The translations under genes and the position numbers were made by a program. A DNA stretch of 64,000 bases from Strigamia acuminata (Eukaryota): positions 6,138,001 to 6,202,000 of the forward strand of contig OX442314.1 in the NCBI GenBank assembly GCA_949358305.1. Direction: 5' to 3'. The notes under the pieces were generated by a model that searched no databases, was not told where the DNA came from, and was given only the letters and a program-made list of their open reading frames with translations. This document shows, piece by piece, positions 58,995 through 64,000 of this stretch (within the stretch, counting starts at the first letter, position 1; each line of letters starts with the position of its first letter).

Positions 58995-60907
58995 TGTGAC
59001 GGTGACGACCACAACTCCCATTTAACAATGGTACCGGGAAGAGATCGCAATAAATAAACAGTGAATACAATACGAGATAAATACAAGACAGTTTATTGTT
59101 GGCAAACAATATGGATGAGCTAAATTATACATAGGACTAATGCCGACATTTGGCAAGTTAAATCAGCTATTAAACTATACAAAGAATTGGCCAACTGGCC
59201 CTAGAATAATATCACTACGGGTCTGGAATATGGGAGCGGTTTCCCCATCGCTCGACCTGATTATAGATGTCATCTTAAGCCGGATGGCTGTGTCCTGGAG
59301 TCCGATACGGCTTCGCTGGTTTCCTTGGTTCGCTGTGTAAACTATCGCACGTCGATAAATCGAATGATCTGAGCATTGCGGTTGACTTTGTCTGCACCGC
59401 CACAACTTTGGGAGGATATTGGTGTAAGTAAATGTATTTATTTACTTATCAATATTCCACTTATGAATTATATTTAATTCATATCGTTGTGAATTCTTAT
59501 TTAGATATTTCGGGAATAAGTTGTCGTCAACTTATCGGTTATATTGAGTTCAATATGAGATTAAGTCTTCTGACTTGATTTTGGTCCAACTGGTTGTCGA
59601 GTTTAAGTTTTTCTGTTATAAATAAAATGAAGATTAAGCTTCCCGTCGCAACACACAATTGCCATCGATTAGAATATACGCCTTGCCATGCAGAACGGTA
59701 TCAAGCGTCCCCGGCGTCGCAGCACGGTCGTCCATCGAGTGGTTGACGGTACCACGTACACAGGGGTCGATAGCTCGCGGCTCCGCACAGCAGTTTTATC
59801 TCTCGCGGTACTAATAATAGACCGACTGCTTTGGCATCGAATACCATGAGAATCAGCTTGCCAAACACTTGGTGCTACTCGTGGTTACTGTAAAACAGAC
59901 TGCTTTGGCACCATCAGGTGAAGGAACCGATTCTCAACAATACCGATGCTACTCGTGGTAACGGAATACGTTCATACCGAAAAAGACAACTTGGTCCTGT
60001 CCGGAGGATACTGAATTGCACAACGGCGGGTTCTCCTTCGGCGTCGCAACCGTAGACTGTAACATTTATGCAACATAATAATCCCAGCACTTCGACTTCA
60101 ATTGCCGGCGGTGGCATGATTCTGTAGAATCATGCAACGGTTCTTTGCGAATAAATCAACAAAGAACCAAAAGGTTTTTTACGTGAACAACGAATCATAT
60201 TTCTTAAGTAACAATACCAAACAGAAAATAATCAAACAGAGCTGCGGAATGGCCGATTGTTTGGGTTTATATAACCTGACTGGATTTAAGGATTAATCCA
60301 GTCATCCAATTGGAACATGGGTTCCACGAATCCCTCCAATCCCGTATCACCGGAAGTGGATACGGAGGAGCATTTATGCAATTTATGCTAATCCTTGTTA
60401 CAACCGGAACTGGATACCCAGGACCGGAAATGGGTTCCACCAATCAGATTGATCGGTTGACCGATTGATCGCTAAACATTCTGTCCCGCAGAAATGGAAG
60501 TTACATTGTATTTAACAATGTCAGATATTTAATATATATTTATATTAATATTTAACACAATTTATTCACTTGATTAAATATACGTTTATATTTAATCATG
60601 AGGTTTTCAAGTTCGTATTCGAATTTATCGCTAATTGCGATCGCGCCATCTAGTGGCAATATGGAGCATTGACAAATGCGGGTTTTAGCAGACGAATCTT
60701 CGTAATTATGCCGTGATACTTTAGTATCATGTGGAAATTAGTGTTTATTCTTAATAAACGAACATCTTTGTATTTGAAACATCATAAATGACTTTATTCT
60801 AGACATTTATCAGTTTTACACAGAATATTGTAAAAATACCATCATATTGGCGCAACAGCGCTTTCTTGATAGAAAATAGGCATTTATAGCCATTGTAAAC
60901 CGTCATA
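58995..60907 (-). mobile_element. Long (~1.9 kb) LTR-like sequence, same family as 27413-28949
   Basis: On the minus strand: PPT AAGGGGGA, start TATGACGG, end CCGTCACA; shared internal motifs with the 27413 copy. Confidence 0.6.
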
Positions 60908-61502
60908 CATCCCCCTTAATAACACAACTATATAATATTTTATAGAGTTTTCGTTATTCTCCTAATTAGCATAAATGCTATTTTCGGACTTGATGTATCT
61001 TGGAGATACTGTGACTTCCAATTTCGAATTTGAGTTTACATAAACTAACTTGAATTATCTAAGTTCTGGATTTCTGCCGAAATAATCTTTTCTAATAGCC
61101 TAAATTCAAGTCCAGAATTTATTTCCAAGTCTTCTTTTTGAAGAAACTTTCGTCATACATAAAATCATCATTTGTGTTATCACAAAATATTTATTTCATA
61201 TGCCTAGTCAGATGTATCGCTATAAATATACAATAAATAGCTTTTAGATGATAAGAGTTGACAATTTAAGAATCAAAATGTCCCCCTTAATTGTCATGAC
61301 CGGAGTCACTTGGTATTCTTTGTACAATTGACTAATTTTAATTTAAACTAGTTGTCTTTTAATACTGTAATATTACTTTTCGAGAATTGTTAATTTTAAC
61401 TTTATATTTTGTCCCCTTTTTCTTTAGAAGAGAGGTCATGATTTTTAGAAGAGGATTTTCTGTTTACACTATAATCGGGGAATCTTTGTGTATCATATCA
61501 TG

Positions 61503-62996
61503 TTAATCAACATGATTCTTTGCTAAATATTGAGCTCGCATATTTGCGAATTTCCGAGATCTCTCAGCCTGCTGTACTGATTTCTTTCGACGTTTTTCCT
61601 TTGGGCAGTTACATACAGTGTACTGACTTGGCAGTGTAAATGACCGTGACGACCCAACTTTTTGTTTTAGGTCATCTCTGGAAAACCATACATGAATGGG
61701 ACCCTCATTGGAAAACCATACGTGGAAAGGACCCATATTTGGAATTGTGAAATCCCGCAACAAACGAGGGGATCTATATTTGACTCTAAGTCGTGGAACT
61801 GATGATTGGAAACCTGGGTTTTCAGTCAGTTTTTGAACATGTTGGTTTGTACTTGAAGTTTCTTCATCACCAGCTGGACTTGGTGACCGAAAACGCTTTT
61901 TTGAAGTTCTTAATTCCTCTCGTTGAGATGAATTATTCTGGATATTGCAGGGTTGCTTTCCAGACGCAAATTGTTGTATCTCCGTCAGATTGACGACTGG
62001 GACGGGTTTTAGTCGTTGGTTACGGTATTGATTTCGAAATACGAATTGTTGCGCTTCGTTTATATTTTTAAATTCAGCTGAATTTAACTGGTATTGTTTA
62101 CAATACTGTTCGAATTGATACCGGATCTCCCGTGGGTTAGTCAAAAAACTTTCTTTTTTAGGTTTAAAATCATTCTCATTATCGTGTTGGTAATACTTTT
62201 TCAAGGGAAAAGTTTGCTTGACCTTTTTTCGATTTGAAATGGGCGTTAGGTAGAATTGTCTTGGCTGGGGACTCTTCTTGGTAGACAAATCATACGTCCG
62301 CAAACATGAGTTTGTGATCGGCGATCGGGCACGTTGTTGTACGTTATTTGACTGCAAATGTTTGTTTGGAGTCCGAATATCTTTCCTTTGCGTTGATATT
62401 GGTGGCCCAAAACTTTTGTTTACGGTTCCCAATTCTTTTGATAGCGGTAGGTTAATCGACAGATTAAGGCTAGCCACATATCGTTGTGCTTCAGCTGGAT
62501 TAGCATATCGAACTGAAATTAGCTGATCTCGATTGTAAACGAGTTTTAATTTGTTCTGAACAACCGACTGGTTAGTTAACGAACTCTCTGGACGAGAATT
62601 ATTAGGTTTATAATTCTTTTCCCCCTTATCTACCGAATTAGGTGGTTTAAACTTTTCTAACTTAGATCCCCTACTGGATGTTTGAAACATAGTATGAGAA
62701 TCTTGATTCACTAAGTTTCGGCTGTATGTTTGTGGATTCCGTACTGGATCTTGATGTGAAGATTGAGATTGGGTACGATCTCGCCAGTTCCTAGCTTTTA
62801 CATAGTCTGAAGCTTCGATTATATTTTTAAACTTGGTTTTATCCAGTCCATGACGATTACAATACAGAGTAAAATGATCGGGAATCTTTTCTGTTTGATC
62901 GCCAAGTGGTACAGAACTTAAATTTAAGTTTGTCTGCTTATTATTTCCTTTTGGATCGATCATATTCAATGGTTTTTGAGCCATAAAAAAATTCAA
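61503..62996 (-). CDS. Hypothetical 497-aa basic, low-complexity protein with an internally duplicated motif
   Basis: Long ORF in AT-rich DNA; F..YC....L....FKNI.EA..(Y/F)V occurs twice; lies just upstream of the PPT/LTR in the same orientation. Confidence 0.5.
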   Translation of the reverse strand: MNFFMAQKPLNMIDPKGNNKQTNLNLSSVPLGDQTEKIPDHFTLYCNRHGLDKTKFKNIIEASDYVKARNWRDRTQSQSSHQDPVRNPQTYSRNLVNQDSHTMFQTSSRGSKLEKFKPPNSVDKGEKNYKPNNSRPESSLTNQSVVQNKLKLVYNRDQLISVRYANPAEAQRYVASLNLSINLPLSKELGTVNKSFGPPISTQRKDIRTPNKHLQSNNVQQRARSPITNSCLRTYDLSTKKSPQPRQFYLTPISNRKKVKQTFPLKKYYQHDNENDFKPKKESFLTNPREIRYQFEQYCKQYQLNSAEFKNINEAQQFVFRNQYRNQRLKPVPVVNLTEIQQFASGKQPCNIQNNSSQREELRTSKKRFRSPSPAGDEETSSTNQHVQKLTENPGFQSSVPRLRVKYRSPRLLRDFTIPNMGPFHVWFSNEGPIHVWFSRDDLKQKVGSSRSFTLPSQYTVCNCPKEKRRKKSVQQAERSRKFANMRAQYLAKNHVD

Positions 62997-64000
62997 AATC
63001 TGACGATTTTAATTCTTTAATTTATAAAGAAGACGAATATAATACACTTTTCAACAAGAAACACTTCTAAACTTTACTTTTGACAAAATAAAATTAAACT
63101 TCGCGTTTGTTTGACACGTGTTAGCTTTTGCAGGTTACACGGCACAAAATTCGAATCGTGACTGAAATCGGGACGGCGTGGTCAAGATGACTCTGGAACA
63201 CGTCTTCTGGTCTGGTCTGGATGCGAATGATCAGTATCTGATCTGGTCCTCCTTTAATAGCAGGGGGCTGGGGATCCCTAGATCTCCCAACTTCTGATTG
63301 GCGGATGTTAGTGTCGGCCAATGGTATAAAGGACGTTACATCTATTTAGTAGTTCTCTACTAAGTCCGTTCCCTTCGAGATTCAATTTTACCGATAAAAT
63401 AAAATTCCTTCGGGAAGACATTCGTAAAATATTGTATTTTTCAAATGAAAATAAAATAAACTTACTTCAATCTTCTTGAACTTTGGGATTTTTACCAATC
63501 CAAATAATTAAATAACTTTTCTTCAAAAAATATTTTTCTTTTAATTATTCCGTTAGTGTGTGATATCGTTACAACCACAACTTTAATAAAGTTTTCTCAA
63601 ACTCTCAATTTTTCTTATTCTTATTCAATTATCGTTCAAATAATCATTCCTTTGTAATTGAAATCTATTTTCGATTCCCAACATTGTGTATTCATTTCCA
63701 ATAGGAAGAATAATTTGACCAAGTCTTTACTTTTTCGGGTTTAAATTCCATTTTTCGAGTGTGAAAAAATAAATTTTCACCATCCATCTCCCCCTTTTTT
63801 AACAAAATTTTTTTTAACAAATAAAAATTCGTTAAAATTCTTTAAATTTGTTTTGCGAGAAAAATTATCTAATTCTCTAATCTTCCAAAAGAAAATATTC
63901 GAAATTTTACTTTAAACGATAAAGTTATTGGTACAAATGTGTACTTGTTTTTCGGGAGAAAACTATTCGACAATCCTTTAGACTTTTGGGTAAAAATTAT

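Noticed and set aside
63330..64000. Expected pol/integrase end of the long-LTR element
   Set aside because: No open frame or integrase motif recognisable in this AT-rich stretch.

Overview
AT-rich animal genomic DNA (probably an invertebrate, judging by the many ~60-75 nt GT-AG introns; species not identifiable from sequence alone). 1500-16923 is a complete ~15.4 kb Polinton/Maverick (endogenous adintovirus-like virus) with ~400 bp G-rich terminal inverted repeats and a perfect 6-bp target-site duplication (CGACTC). It has the full core gene set (PolB, rve integrase with chromodomain, packaging ATPase, adenain protease, major and minor capsid, small core proteins). It also carries an unusual accessory cassette: a PC4-like protein, an ALKBH2-like dioxygenase, a DEDD-type nuclease, a single-BIR IAP-like protein, and a second PC4-like gene with an N-terminal hydrophobic segment and an in-frame TGA. 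The element inserted into codons 2-3 of a GC-rich ORF and shows CpG-type decay, including a catalytic Asp->Asn change in PolB. Most of the remaining window is a cluster of intron-containing DEG/ENaC (pickpocket/ASIC-like) genes: three apparently complete, one incomplete within the window, and one orphan terminal exon. In each, two channel subunits appear fused head-to-tail in one reading frame (TM1-ECD-TM2-linker-TM1-ECD-TM2). Interspersed are a young integrase-deleted Ty3/gypsy element (32812-36771), an older gypsy fragment, two long LTR-like sequences of one family, several MITEs, a dispersed ~550 bp repeat and satellites. All protein identifications come from motif recognition by eye, not database searches.
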